DNA of 61,989 nucleotides, the filler included, from a bacterium (lineage in GTDB: Bacteria; JALSQH01): NCBI GenBank assembly GCA_026985515.1. It is 6 parts of 6 records of this genome, joined end to end, with 100 filler letters (N's around TTAATTAATTAA, not from the genome) between each part and the next. Parts side by side here need not be neighbours in the genome. Positions count along the whole stretch, not along the records: positions 48,073 to 54,986 come from JALSQH010000238.1; positions 55,087 to 61,989 come from JALSQH010000239.1; 4 more parts are not named here. One strand, 5' to 3'. The translations under genes were made by a program, and so were the position numbers. This document shows, piece by piece, positions 48,652 through 59,364 of the stretch; within the stretch, counting starts at the first letter, position 1; each line of letters starts with the position of its first letter. The notes under the pieces were generated by a model. It was not told the DNA's origin. It did not search any database and saw only the letters and a list, made by a program, of their open reading frames with translations.

Positions 48652-50601
48652 TTAAAAGAATGGAAATGTGATCAATCTGACAAACAGGGCAACCACCGTC
48701 GCGACAAGAGTGGTGACAATGACAGTTACGGCCACGCCTTTTTTTCCTATTTCCTTCCAGAGGGCAGCAAGAGTGGCAATACATGGCACATAGAACATGA
48801 CAAAGGTGGAGAAAACCAGCATTTGCTGAAAAGTCATGACATTTTTAATCTGTTCAAGTTTCACACCAAACGCCTGAAAAAGCATGATGAGAGTCAGCTC
48901 TTTTCTGAAAATTCCAAAAATGAGAGTGAGACCAACTTCTTTCGGCAGACCAAGCAGCCATGATGTAAAGGGAGCCAGAACGGAGTTTATAACAGGTGCC
49001 AGATGATAATATTCAAGAATGCTGAGTATTCCTGAACCCACCATCATTACAGGAATGGCAACATAAATAAACTCTTTCAATCTGAACCAGGTCTTGAACC
49101 ACACTATTTTCAGAGAGGGAAGGTTGTACTTCGGAATCTCAAGAATCATTCCGGGTGTAACTTCAGGATAATAGGCAAGAAGAATTCTGCCTATTATTCC
49201 AATCACGATGAGGTTCAAAAAGTAAAGTGAGAGTGCAGCAAGTGGACCGGCAAAGTAACCCACAAGGCCAAAAATAACCGTAGTTCTGGCGGAACAGGGT
49301 ATCATGGTGACAAGTATGGAAGTGAGTATTCTGTCTCTCTCAGATTCAAGTGTCCTTGTTGCAAGAACAGCAGGAACTGAACAACCATATCCCAGGATAA
49401 AGGGTAAAACAGATTTTCCGTGTAAACCTATTCTGTGCATGAAGGCATCAGTTAGAAAAGCCACCCTGGAAAGATAACCAGTATCTTCAAGAAAGGAAAG
49501 TCCAATAAAAAATGGTAAAAGGTAGGGGATCACTATGGCAATCCCACCTCCCAGTCCCTGTACAAAACCTATGAGAATGGTTCCACCGAGAGTTCCTCCA
49601 AGAGAGGAGGAGAGCTTTCCAGTCAGAGCATCAAGGTATCCCATGAAGAGATCTTCAAGGGGCTCCCCTCCCTTAAAAACCAGGTAGAAAAAACCGTAAA
49701 AAACAGCTGCAAGGATGATGTAACCCAGTACAGGATGCATAACAACTGAGTCAATTCTGTCATCAATGGGGGGGGAAACCTTTTCAAAGGTTACACATTT
49801 TTCAAATATGGAAAGAGCTATTCCATGCCTGCTGTTATTCACAATTACATAGGAAGGTTCACCCAGTTCATTCTCTAACTCCTCTTTTATTGAGAGGATG
49901 TTATCTCTAACCTCATGGGATAATTTTAACAACAATTTTGTTACTTCTTCATCCTCTTCAAGAATTTTGAGTGCGACGAATCTTGGGGGATAGCCGGTTT
50001 CTCTGACCATATTATCCTTTTGAAGTTCTTCCATTATTTTCTTTACAGCTACTTCAAGAGGCTTCTCCCTTTCAAATGGCTTTCCCCTGCACTTTTCATT
50101 GTTTACACAGTTTATGGCACCATAAATTAAATCTTTTACCCCCTTCCCCTTCTTGGCTATTACGGGATAGACTGGAAGAGCAAGCTCCTCAGATAATCTC
50201 TTTAAGTCTATTTTTTCTCCCCTCTTCTCCGCTACATCTATCATGTTCAGAGCAACTACAACCGGTAGACCAAGTTCAAGGAGTTCAATTGTCAACTCCA
50301 GGGACCTCCCCAGAACTGAGGCATCCACCACATTTATGATGAGATCAACTTTGCCAGAGAGGAGGTACTTTCTCGTCTCGCGTTCTGCCATATCTTTTGA
50401 GGAAAGAGAATAAATTCCAGGGAGATCCACCAGTCTGACTGTTCTGCCAAGTACCGTTAATTTACTCTCTTCATACTTTACTGTAACACCAGGAAAATTG
50501 GCAGAAATAGCCTTATATCCCGCAAGCGCATTAAAAAGAGTACTCTTACCACAATTGGGCTGACCAACCAGGGCTATTGTGCAGCAGACATCCCCACCCA
50601 C
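48652..50601 (-). CDS. feoB: Ferrous iron transporter B
   Basis: GQPNCGKS, NFPGVTV, DLPG, NMID, GYGCSVP, PCSAR, YVPC. Confidence 0.96.
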   Translation of the reverse strand: MGGDVCCTIALVGQPNCGKSTLFNALAGYKAISANFPGVTVKYEESKLTVLGRTVRLVDLPGIYSLSSKDMAERETRKYLLSGKVDLIINVVDASVLGRSLELTIELLELGLPVVVALNMIDVAEKRGEKIDLKRLSEELALPVYPVIAKKGKGVKDLIYGAINCVNNEKCRGKPFEREKPLEVAVKKIMEELQKDNMVRETGYPPRFVALKILEEDEEVTKLLLKLSHEVRDNILSIKEELENELGEPSYVIVNNSRHGIALSIFEKCVTFEKVSPPIDDRIDSVVMHPVLGYIILAAVFYGFFYLVFKGGEPLEDLFMGYLDALTGKLSSSLGGTLGGTILIGFVQGLGGGIAIVIPYLLPFFIGLSFLEDTGYLSRVAFLTDAFMHRIGLHGKSVLPFILGYGCSVPAVLATRTLESERDRILTSILVTMIPCSARTTVIFGLVGYFAGPLAALSLYFLNLIVIGIIGRILLAYYPEVTPGMILEIPKYNLPSLKIVWFKTWFRLKEFIYVAIPVMMVGSGILSILEYYHLAPVINSVLAPFTSWLLGLPKEVGLTLIFGIFRKELTLIMLFQAFGVKLEQIKNVMTFQQMLVFSTFVMFYVPCIATLAALWKEIGKKGVAVTVIVTTLVATVVALFVRLITFPFF

Positions 50602-50825
50602 TATGCCTCCCTCACTATTACCTTTAAAGCAACACCCCTTCCAAGAGCAATATCCGTTCCCCCCACCCTTATCCTCACTGGACCTCTAAAAAATGAAGAA
50701 GATAAAACTTCAACCACTGCTCCCGGCACCACCCCCAAATCATAGAGGTACTGATAAACTCTTCTTCCCCCCGCTATATCAACCACCACATATTTTTTCC
50801 CCGGTCTGGCATCTGCAAGAGTCAT
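50601..50825 (-). CDS. feoA: Ferrous iron transport protein A
   Basis: LYDLGVVPGA...GPV...IALGRGVA; directly upstream of feoB. Confidence 0.93.
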   Translation of the reverse strand: MTLADARPGKKYVVVDIAGGRRVYQYLYDLGVVPGAVVEVLSSSFFRGPVRIRVGGTDIALGRGVALKVIVREA

Positions 50826-50839
50826 TTCCCATCTCCAGA

Positions 50840-50891
50840 GTTAGGCATACCTAACTTTTAGTTAGTTTACCTAGATTATCAATTCTGTCAA
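50840..50891 (-). promoter_or_regulatory. feoAB promoter with DtxR/IdeR/MntR-type operator(s)
   Basis: Palindrome GTTAGG-CATA-CCTAAC (50840-50855); degenerate copy at 50861-50874; TTGACA-16-TAAACT. Confidence 0.65.
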
Positions 50892-52651
50892 GTTTTTTTC
50901 TTAACCACGATTCCAAGCTCCATCAACTGCTGAGGCGAGACGGGGGATGGGGCGCCAGACATAAGGTCCTGCCCCTTCTGGGTCTTGGGAAAAGCTATAA
51001 CATCACGAATGGAATTTTCCCTGAGAATCAGCATAACGAGTCTATCCAGACCAAAGGCAATTCCCCCATGAGGTGGAGCTCCATACTCGAGGGCTTCAAG
51101 GAGGAAGCCAAACTTCAACTGTGCCTCCTCTTCAGATATTCCAATGGCTCTGAAAACTCTTTCCTGAATATCCTTTCGGTGAATCCTGATGCTACCTCCC
51201 CCAATCTCCACCCCATTCAGCACAAGGTCATACGCCTTAGCCCTCACCTTCTCTGGAGCAGTTTCAAGGAGATCTATATCCTCATCGAAGGGCATCGTAA
51301 AAGGATGATGCATTGAGACCCACCTCTGCTCCTCCTCACTCCATTCAAAAAGGGGGAAATCAACAACCCATGTAAAACTCAGCTTACTGTCATCAACCAT
51401 CCCCTCTTTTTCTGCAATCTTTTTCCTCAACCTTCCAAGAGCATCATTAGCCACATCCGGGCTGTCAGCCACAAAAAGCATAAGATCCCCTCTGCCAGCC
51501 TCCATCAGTTTTTCAATTTCTCTCTTTTCCTCATCACTGAAAAACTTGGCAATGGGAGATTGCCACCCATTTTCCTGTAACTTAACCCATGCAAGTCCCT
51601 TGGCACCAAATTCTGTTGCAAAGTTTGTCAAATCATCCAGCTCTTTTCTGCTGTATTTAATCCCCCCCGGTACAGTTAACCCTTTAACAACACCTCCATT
51701 CCTGACCACATCTGCAAATACCTTAAATTTGCTTCTTCCAGCCACATCCGTGATGTTTTTAAGAGTCAATTCGTACCTCAAATCTGGTGCATCTGATCCG
51801 TACTTCTCCATGGCTTCGGTGTAACTCATTCTGTTGAAGGGGGTGGAGAGCTCAACACCTGCCACCTCTTTAAATATCGTGTAGATCAATCCCTCCATTA
51901 CCTCCATAACATCTTCCCTCTCCACAAAACTCATCTCTACATCTATCTGAGTGAATTCGGGCTGACGATCTGCTCTGAGGTCTTCATCTCTGAAGCACTT
52001 AACTATCTGAAAATATCTGTCAAAACCTGCTACCATGAGAATCTGTTTGAACAACTGAGGAGATTGAGGAAGAGCATAAAATGTTCCAGGATTGAGTCGG
52101 GAAGGTACCAGAAAATCTCTTGCACCCTCAGGGGTACTCTTTGTCAGAAATGGAGTTTCAACTTCAATGAAACCATTTTCGTCAAAATACCTCCTTGTAA
52201 CCTGATACAATCTGTGGCGGACAAGAAAATTCCTGAACATCTTTGGTCGACGAAGGTCAATATACCTGTACTTCAATCTCAGAGATTCCTTAACATCCAG
52301 GTCATCTTCAATTTCAAAGGGTGGATGCTTCGCAGTGTTGAGGATTTTCAGCTCTGTGGCATACATCTCCCACTCCCCTGTTGGGAGGCTGGGATTTTCG
52401 GTCCCAGGGAGTCGCCTCGTCACGGGACCGGTAACTTCGATTACATACTCACTTCTCAACTTTTTGGCTTCTTCATGAACCTCTCTATCAACATCGGGAC
52501 TGAATACAACCTGGAATATCCCCGTTCTATCCCTCAGATCAACAAATATCAGTCCACCATGATCCCTCGCAGAATGCACCCAGCCCTGAAGAGTCAGAAC
52601 TTTTCCTTCATCCTCTCTGCCTACCTCTCCACAATACTTGCTCCTTCTCAT
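50888..52651 (-). CDS. aspS: Aspartate-tRNA ligase, probably non-discriminating
   Basis: [44 protein letters not shown]. Confidence 0.97.
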   Translation of the reverse strand: MRRSKYCGEVGREDEGKVLTLQGWVHSARDHGGLIFVDLRDRTGIFQVVFSPDVDREVHEEAKKLRSEYVIEVTGPVTRRLPGTENPSLPTGEWEMYATELKILNTAKHPPFEIEDDLDVKESLRLKYRYIDLRRPKMFRNFLVRHRLYQVTRRYFDENGFIEVETPFLTKSTPEGARDFLVPSRLNPGTFYALPQSPQLFKQILMVAGFDRYFQIVKCFRDEDLRADRQPEFTQIDVEMSFVEREDVMEVMEGLIYTIFKEVAGVELSTPFNRMSYTEAMEKYGSDAPDLRYELTLKNITDVAGRSKFKVFADVVRNGGVVKGLTVPGGIKYSRKELDDLTNFATEFGAKGLAWVKLQENGWQSPIAKFFSDEEKREIEKLMEAGRGDLMLFVADSPDVANDALGRLRKKIAEKEGMVDDSKLSFTWVVDFPLFEWSEEEQRWVSMHHPFTMPFDEDIDLLETAPEKVRAKAYDLVLNGVEIGGGSIRIHRKDIQERVFRAIGISEEEAQLKFGFLLEALEYGAPPHGGIAFGLDRLVMLILRENSIRDVIAFPKTQKGQDLMSGAPSPVSPQQLMELGIVVKKKT

Positions 52652-52711
52652 ACTCTTCTCCTTGAAAATTTTAGATTAAATTATATTCCACAGGGGAAAG
52701 ATTTCCAGAAG

Positions 52712-53569
52712 TTACCTGAAAATAACAGTTTTCCTTCCATAGACAAGGATCCTGTGCTCCAGATGATAGGTTAATGCCCTGGCAAGAACGATTCTCTCAA
52801 GATCTCTTCCCTTTTTCTTTATATCCTCAAGGGAATCTCGGTGAGATATTCTTATAACATCCTGCTCAATGATGGGTCCCTGATCAAGTTCTTCGGTAAC
52901 ATAGTGGCTCGTTGCACCTATAATTTTCACACCTCTGTCGTATGCCTGTCTGTATGGATTACTTCCCACAAAGGCGGGGAGAAAGGAGTGATGTATGTTG
53001 ATTATCCTGTTTGGATACCGGTTAACAAATTGCCCTGTCAGAATCTGCATATATCTTGCAAGTATCACTGTCTCAACCTCATACTCTCTGAGGAGGGCAA
53101 GCTCCTTTCTCTCCTGCTCCAGTTTGTTTTCTCTATTTTTTGGGAAAACAAAAAAAGGTATTCCCTCTCCTCTAACAATATCCTCAAGATCTGGGTGATT
53201 GGAAATAACAAGCTTCAGATTCATCGGAAACTCTCCAAGCTTATACCTCCATAGAATCTCTCTCAGGCAGTGATCCTCCTTGGATACAAAAACAGCCACA
53301 TTTTCTCTGTGGGAGGAAAATTCTATTCTCCACCTTCCATCAAAGCGCCTTCCCACGGGAGAAAATGCCGTATCAATATCCTCTGGAGGAATTCTGAAAT
53401 TCTTTAAATCCCATTCAACTCTCATAAAAAACTGTCCATTCTCCCTGTCCACATGCTGATCAAGTTCGAGGATATTTCCCCCGTTCTTATAGATAAATTC
53501 AGTTATTGCATAGATTATACCCTCCCTGTCCCTTGAGGTAAAAAGCAGAATGGCTCTCTCTCCATCCAT
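52712..53569 (-). CDS. purU: Formyltetrahydrofolate deformylase
   Basis: ACT domain; LARYMQIL, INIHHSFLP, GATSHYV, DQGPIIEQ. Confidence 0.96.
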   Translation of the reverse strand: MDGERAILLFTSRDREGIIYAITEFIYKNGGNILELDQHVDRENGQFFMRVEWDLKNFRIPPEDIDTAFSPVGRRFDGRWRIEFSSHRENVAVFVSKEDHCLREILWRYKLGEFPMNLKLVISNHPDLEDIVRGEGIPFFVFPKNRENKLEQERKELALLREYEVETVILARYMQILTGQFVNRYPNRIINIHHSFLPAFVGSNPYRQAYDRGVKIIGATSHYVTEELDQGPIIEQDVIRISHRDSLEDIKKKGRDLERIVLARALTYHLEHRILVYGRKTVIFR

Positions 53570-53579
53570 GATAGAAGGA

Positions 53580-53630
53580 ATTATAGCTCATTCTCTCCAT
53601 CTTGCAAACCCACCCACTTTAAAGTAAGCT
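53580..53630. promoter_or_regulatory. Divergent sigma70 promoters sharing one palindromic -35
   Basis: TTGCAA at 53602-53607; plus strand -17-TAAGCT-7nt-ATG; minus strand -16-TATAAT-10nt-ATG. Confidence 0.55.
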
Positions 53631-53637
53631 TAATTGT

Positions 53638-54282
53638 ATGAGTGAGATAGAGAAATTCCTTGTAACCTATCCAAAGGATCACGTTATCTTCCGTGAAGGG
53701 GATGAGGGGAAAGAGATGTACTTCGTAGATTCAGGTAAGGTGAAGATTCTCAAGAGAGTTAAAAATGGGGAAAAGGTCCTTGCAATTCTCCAGAGAGGGG
53801 ATTTCTTTGGGGAAATGGCTGTCCTCACTGGAAAACCAAGAACTGCAACTGCAGTGGCAATGACAGATGTGAGGCTATTAAAAATTGGTAAAGAAGATTT
53901 TGAAGCATTCCTTAGAAAAAACATCGATGTGGCAGTAAAACTGATAAAGAAGATGGCTGAAAGATTAAGAGAAACTGACTTTCTCCTTGAAATGGCAAAC
54001 TACAGAGATGAAAAATTGAAAATAACCACTGCTCTCCTTCAACTTGCAAGGGAAACCGGGGAAAGGGAGAACATAGTTGTTGATCCTACAGAACTTCATT
54101 CAAGGAGCTTCACAACCACAGCTATTCTCAAGGAAGCTCTAAAGGACCTGGCAAAGAAGGGTATCATCCACATTAAAGAGAAGAATATAATAGTCCCCAG
54201 TCTTGAAAAATTGGAAAAGTTCAACTCTTTTCTTAAGTTGAAAGAGGAATTCTCATTCATAGAAGAAGGAGGTAAATCATGA
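53638..54282 (+). CDS. Crp/Fnr-family cyclic-nucleotide-binding regulator
   Basis: IFREGD, GDFFGEMA, PRTATA; C-terminal winged-helix-like region. Confidence 0.87.
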   Translation: MSEIEKFLVTYPKDHVIFREGDEGKEMYFVDSGKVKILKRVKNGEKVLAILQRGDFFGEMAVLTGKPRTATAVAMTDVRLLKIGKEDFEAFLRKNIDVAVKLIKKMAERLRETDFLLEMANYRDEKLKITTALLQLARETGERENIVVDPTELHSRSFTTTAILKEALKDLAKKGIIHIKEKNIIVPSLEKLEKFNSFLKLKEEFSFIEEGGKS

Positions 54283-54986
54283 AGTGGAATTATGATTTTT
54301 CAGGCAGAGTTGCAGTTATAACGGGGAGCAGCAGGGGAATAGGACTTGAGATTGCGAAGGCCTTCAATGAACTTGGAGCAAAGGTTGTAATTTCATCCAG
54401 AAAAATGGAAAACCAGCAGAAAGCCATGGAGGAATTTTCAAACAGGGAAAATGTACTGCCGGTTCCAGCCCATGCGGGAAAGGTGGAGGATCTGAAAAAT
54501 CTCATTGAGAGAACCTATGAACACTTTGGAAGACTTGACATACTCGTTAACAATGCTGCCACAAATCCATATTTTGGACCAATGGTCCATGCAGATGAGA
54601 AAGCATGGGATAAAATTATTGAAGTGGACCTCAAGGGTTACTTCTTTGCTTCACAATTTGCCATAAGAAAATGGATGGAGAAAAATGAAAAAGGGGTAAT
54701 CGTAAACATAGCATCTGTGGCAGGGATCAGAGCAGCGCCTGGCCTTGGTATTTACGGCATAGCAAAGGCTGGTGTCATCATGATGACAAAGATCTTTGCA
54801 AAAGAAACAGGGCCCCTCGGTATAAGAGTCAATGCCATTGCCCCCGGTCTTGTGAAAACAAAATTCAGCACCGCTCTATGGTCATCAGAAGAAATACTCA
54901 ACCAGTGGTTGCAGAATCAGGCAATTCAGAGAATCGCCTTGCCCGAAGATATCGTGGGAGCAGTTCTCTTTCTTTCATCACCACAG
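54279..54986 (+). CDS. Short-chain dehydrogenase/reductase (3' truncated)
   Basis: TGSSRGIG, NNAATNP, YGIAK, NAIAPG. Confidence 0.93.
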
Positions 54987-55086
54987 NNNNNNNNNNNNNN
55001 NNNNNNNNNNNNNNNNNNNNNNNNNNNNNNTTAATTAATTAANNNNNNNNNNNNNNNNNNNNNNNNNNNNNNNNNNNNNNNNNNNN
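54987..55086. other. Artificial contig linker
   Basis: N44-TTAATTAATTAA-N44. Confidence 0.98.
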
Positions 55087-55880
55087 ATGAGAGAATAAAA
55101 AAGGGAAAAGAACCAGCAGGGAAAATTATTGTATCTGCCCGGCAGGAGAGCAACTTTATAATTATAGACATTGAAGATGATGGAAGAGGAATTGATGTTG
55201 AATCAGTTTATCAAACAGCTATTGAAAAGGGACTTATTGAAAGGGGGAAACGGCCGCCTGACAGAGAGATAATAAATCTTATTTTTGCACCCGGTTTCAG
55301 TACCAGGAAAGTTGCAACAACTACTTCTGGCAGGGGTGTGGGGCTTGAGGTGGTGGCGGAAGTTATTTCATCTCTTGGAGGTTCAATAGAAGTTAACACG
55401 GCTCCAGATGTGGGAACCACTTTTACAATAAAGATTCCTTTGACACTTGCCATCATAACTGCACTGATGGTGCAGGTGCATGATGAATTGTACGCTATAC
55501 CAACATCCGCTGTACTTGAATCAATAAAAATCAGGAAAAGTGATATCAGGATTGTGAGAGGGAAAACTGTTTTTCTCCTGAGAGGAAGTGTTATTCCTCT
55601 GGTTTTCCTGAGTGAAATCGTTGATCTTCCTCTTTCAGCAAATGACGAAATATATGTGGTGATTGTGGGGAAAAATGATCAGAAACTGGGATTGGGGGTT
55701 GAAAGACTTGTGGGACAGCAGGAAATTGTGATTAAGTCTCTTGATGAAACAATAGATTCTCCAATCATAGCTGGAGCTACCATTCTGGGTAATGGAAGGG
55801 TGGTTCTTATTCTGGATATAACTGCTATTCTTTCTGAAACTGAAGATACAAGGAGCTCAAATGTATACAGAATTCTATAA
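55087..55880 (+). CDS. cheA: Chemotaxis kinase CheA, P4-P5 part (5' truncated)
   Basis: EDDGRGID, IFAPGFST, SGRGVGL, IPLTLAI, GATILGNG. Confidence 0.93.
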
Positions 55881-56667
55881 ATTGAAGATGCCCGCATTCA
55901 GAAAAACTCCTGATCCTGAATTTTTCTTCTGGACCGAACAGTATGAGGAGGCATATACTAGATTGCAATACGCGGTTGAGGAAAAGGAGCTTGCTCTTCT
56001 GACTGGCGAAATTGGCACAGGTAAAACTCTTCTTGTAAGAACTTTAATGGACAGGTTAAATGAGGATGAATATGACATTGCCCTTATTCTTAATCCTCAA
56101 CTCTCCCCTACCCAGTTTGTGAAAGCGGTGGCAAGGGAATTTAAAGTCGATTCTCCAGCATATTTTAAATCTGATCTCTATATTCAGATTCAGGAGTTTT
56201 TATTTGAAAAATATGAGGAAGATGTGAATCCCATACTGATAATAGATGAAGCACAGCTTATACCTTCAAAGAAAGTTTTTGACGAAATAAGAGTGTTGTC
56301 CAATTTCCAGATGGATGATGAAAATCTTATAGGGATAATAATGGTTGGTCAGCCTGAAATTGTGAGGAGACTAAAACACAGGGCGTACAAACCTTTTACG
56401 CAGCGTATAGGAGTTGAATACCATCTTTCACCCCTCTCTGAAAAAGAGGTGAAAAGCTATATAAAATTTCGGCTTGAGAAAGCAGGAGCAAAATGGGAAA
56501 TTTTCACCGATAAGGCTATAGAAAAAATTTACGAATTATCGGGTGGTATACCCCGTGTGATTAATCACATTGCCACACAGGCTCTTCTGGAGGGTGCAGC
56601 AAGGGAGAAAAAAGTCATTGATGAAACTATCATAGAAGAGGTTTCGAAAAGTATGAGGTTTCTCTGA
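55861..56667 (+). CDS. ExeA/GspA-like AAA+ ATPase
   Basis: MYTEFY..PF..TPDP, GEIGTGKT, IIDEAQ, VGQPE, SGGIPRVIN. Confidence 0.9.
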   Translation: MYTEFYKLKMPAFRKTPDPEFFFWTEQYEEAYTRLQYAVEEKELALLTGEIGTGKTLLVRTLMDRLNEDEYDIALILNPQLSPTQFVKAVAREFKVDSPAYFKSDLYIQIQEFLFEKYEEDVNPILIIDEAQLIPSKKVFDEIRVLSNFQMDDENLIGIIMVGQPEIVRRLKHRAYKPFTQRIGVEYHLSPLSEKEVKSYIKFRLEKAGAKWEIFTDKAIEKIYELSGGIPRVINHIATQALLEGAAREKKVIDETIIEEVSKSMRFL

Positions 56668-57386
56668 TGGGCAGATTTTCAGAGTTAAGGAGAAAGGCTA
56701 AAAAGAAAAAAACAGAGATTGAAGAAAAAGAAGAAAAAAAAGAAAAGGGCGAACAGGAAACTTCTAAAAAAGAGGTTAAATCACCCCCAACAGAAATAAA
56801 AACATCCGGTAAAATTGAACTTCCCCCTTCCGGTCTCGCAGAAGATATTCTGCAGCTGGTGGAATCAGGAGAACCTGTAACTGTACCTGAAGAACCTCCC
56901 GAGATACTGGAAGAACCAATTCATTTTGAAGAAGCTCTCATTCAGATGGTGGTCTTTTCCATAGGAGAGGAGGTTTATGGAATTGATATCTACAATGTCA
57001 GGGAAATCATCAATCCCGTTGAAATTATTCGGGTACCAAGGAGCAGTAAGAGCTTGATAGGCGTTATAAATTTAAGAGGGAATGTAATTCCCGTCTTTGA
57101 TTTTCGAATCATGTTTAACATCCCTTCAGATGAAAAGACAACTTACGAAAAATTTATTGTGGTTGAAGTTACCGAACACCTTGTTGCATTCATGGTTGAC
57201 AGAATATTTTCTGTTTCCAAAGTTCCCATTGAAGAGATTGAACCTGCTCCTCCCCAGCTGAGACTTGGCATTGATAGTGAATTTATTTCTGGTCTTGCTA
57301 AAATAGATGGTAAAGTCGTAGCAATTATTGAGGTTGATAAGTTAGTTAAATCAATAAAAACAAAAGGGGGCAAAACCTATGAATAA
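56667..57386 (+). CDS. cheW: CheW with an approximately 90-aa charged N-terminal extension
   Basis: [24 protein letters not shown]. Confidence 0.92.
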   Translation: MGRFSELRRKAKKKKTEIEEKEEKKEKGEQETSKKEVKSPPTEIKTSGKIELPPSGLAEDILQLVESGEPVTVPEEPPEILEEPIHFEEALIQMVVFSIGEEVYGIDIYNVREIINPVEIIRVPRSSKSLIGVINLRGNVIPVFDFRIMFNIPSDEKTTYEKFIVVEVTEHLVAFMVDRIFSVSKVPIEEIEPAPPQLRLGIDSEFISGLAKIDGKVVAIIEVDKLVKSIKTKGGKTYE

Positions 57387-59364
57387 GCTAAAATTGAACT
57401 CAATAAAATTTAAGGTTGTCCTTTATGGTACTTTATCACTGATAGTAGTAGGGATAATTTTAGGTTACACCTCTGCCAGGAGGGCGAGGAACATTTTGAA
57501 AGAAGAATTGATAGAAAGAGGTGCCTCACTTGCGAGAAACATCGCTTACAGTTCAAGATATGGAATTGTTCTTGAAGATCCAGTCATTCTTGGAAATGTG
57601 ATAAAGGGGGTTTCGTCTGAGAGAGATCTTGCATATGTTTTGATCCTGAATAAAGATAAGAAACCCCTGGCCAAGTTTTTTAAAGACCCTACCCTTGAAA
57701 AACCTGTGCTGGATTCTCTGAAGAACATAAAAAAGGTCTCTGGACTTGTTCACAGGACAATTACGATAAATGGGAAAGATTATCTTGATTTTCAAATGCC
57801 TGTTTATGGCGAAAGCAGTGAGCAGGTAGACGAGGTTCTCGGTGATCTTCTTGCAAACAAACAGCAACCCCAGGGGGAGAAACAATCAAAAAAATGGGGA
57901 ATTTTGAAACTTGGGTTTTCCCTTGCCACTCTTGAAAGGAAAACGTCCAATATAACTCTGAGCTCGTTTTTGATCAGTTTATTAATCACTTTTATTCTCA
58001 TAGGCATTCTTTACTATGTTATAAGAAGAACTCTGAAACCAATTGATAATATTGTGGGTATTGCTCAGAAAATGTCAGAAGGTGATCTTACTCAGCATAT
58101 AGAGATAGAGTCTGATGATGAAATAGGTACGATAGGAAGAGTATTCAATGTCATTGCAGAAAATCTCAATGAAATGCTGATGGAGGTGAAAAGCGCAAGT
58201 GAAAAGGTAACCAATGAATCAGAGAGAATCCTTATAAGCGCCCAGGAAGTTTTGAAGGGATCTCAGATTCAGGCTGAGTCGGCAGAGGAAACTTCATCTT
58301 CCATGGAGGAGATAGCAGCTCAGATAATGACTGTTGCGGCAAATACTGAAAGATTATCAGCAAATGTCTCAAATACTTCTTCCGCAATCGAAGAAATGGG
58401 AGCAAGCATAGAGCAGGTTTCAAAAAACGCTCTGGAATTATCGAGCTCAGTTGACCAGGTTTCATCCTCTGTTGAGGAAATGATTGCATCTATTGTTGAA
58501 GTCGCAGCAAATGTGGAACAGGCAGATAAACTGGGTCAGGAAACTGCGAGGGAAGCAGAAAACAGCGGTGATGCAATCCTGAAAACTCTTGAAGGTATGA
58601 AAAAGGTTTCCGAGGCAATGGATGATACAGCCAGGATGATTCAGGCCCTCGGTGAAAGATCTTCAGAGATTGGAAAAATTCTGGAGGTTATTGAGGAGAT
58701 TGCAGATCAGACCAACCTTCTTGCTCTGAATGCAGCAATTGAGGCTGCAAGAGCTGGTGAAGCAGGAAGAGGTTTTGCTGTGGTGGCTGATGAAATAAGA
58801 AAACTTGCTGAAAGGTCGGTTCAGGCAACTAAGGAGATTGGAGAAGTCATAAGAGAAGTTCAAAAGGAAACAAATCTTGCAGTTAATGCAGCAGAAGCTG
58901 GACGGCAGGAAACACATGAAAGTATCAAAATGTCTGACACAGCCATAGAAGCTATTAAAAGAATTCAGGAGATGGTCAGAAAGACTTCAGAAATAATGAG
59001 AGAAATAGCAATTGCCACATCAAACCAGAAGAAAGCCACTGAATATGTCAGCAAAGCCATTGAGAGAATGAATGAATTGACAAGACAGGTTAAACAGGCC
59101 ACCGAAGAACAGGCCAAGAGCAGTTCTCAGATCATAAAGGCTGTGGAGGAGATGAAGAGACAGACAGAGGAGGTTGCCATAGCTACCCAGGAGGAAAAAA
59201 GAGGAGCTGAGATGGTACTCAATGCCATTGAAAACATCAGCAGTATTGCACAGGAGAATCTGAAGGCAATGGAAGGAATGCTGAACATTGCAAAGGATCT
59301 TTCTCAGCAGGCTGAAAATCTTATGGGATTGATACAGAAATTTAAGCTGGAAGAAAATGAGTGA
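57379..59364 (+). CDS. Methyl-accepting chemotaxis protein (2 TM, HAMP, elongated signalling domain)
   Basis: [34 protein letters not shown]. Confidence 0.96.
   Translation: MNKLKLNSIKFKVVLYGTLSLIVVGIILGYTSARRARNILKEELIERGASLARNIAYSSRYGIVLEDPVILGNVIKGVSSERDLAYVLILNKDKKPLAKFFKDPTLEKPVLDSLKNIKKVSGLVHRTITINGKDYLDFQMPVYGESSEQVDEVLGDLLANKQQPQGEKQSKKWGILKLGFSLATLERKTSNITLSSFLISLLITFILIGILYYVIRRTLKPIDNIVGIAQKMSEGDLTQHIEIESDDEIGTIGRVFNVIAENLNEMLMEVKSASEKVTNESERILISAQEVLKGSQIQAESAEETSSSMEEIAAQIMTVAANTERLSANVSNTSSAIEEMGASIEQVSKNALELSSSVDQVSSSVEEMIASIVEVAANVEQADKLGQETAREAENSGDAILKTLEGMKKVSEAMDDTARMIQALGERSSEIGKILEVIEEIADQTNLLALNAAIEAARAGEAGRGFAVVADEIRKLAERSVQATKEIGEVIREVQKETNLAVNAAEAGRQETHESIKMSDTAIEAIKRIQEMVRKTSEIMREIAIATSNQKKATEYVSKAIERMNELTRQVKQATEEQAKSSSQIIKAVEEMKRQTEEVAIATQEEKRGAEMVLNAIENISSIAQENLKAMEGMLNIAKDLSQQAENLMGLIQKFKLEENE

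Noticed and set aside
52064..52774. Long antisense ORFs (236 aa here; also 17207-17782, 59020-59556, 3844-4350)
   Set aside because: They are shadows of well-supported genes on the opposite strand, with no motifs or RBS.
26353..55086. Five identical TTAATTAATTAA elements spaced about 7 kb apart
   Set aside because: Each is flanked by N44 and has stops in all frames; these are artificial contig joins, not repeats. ORF ends reading XXX-LIN are artefacts.
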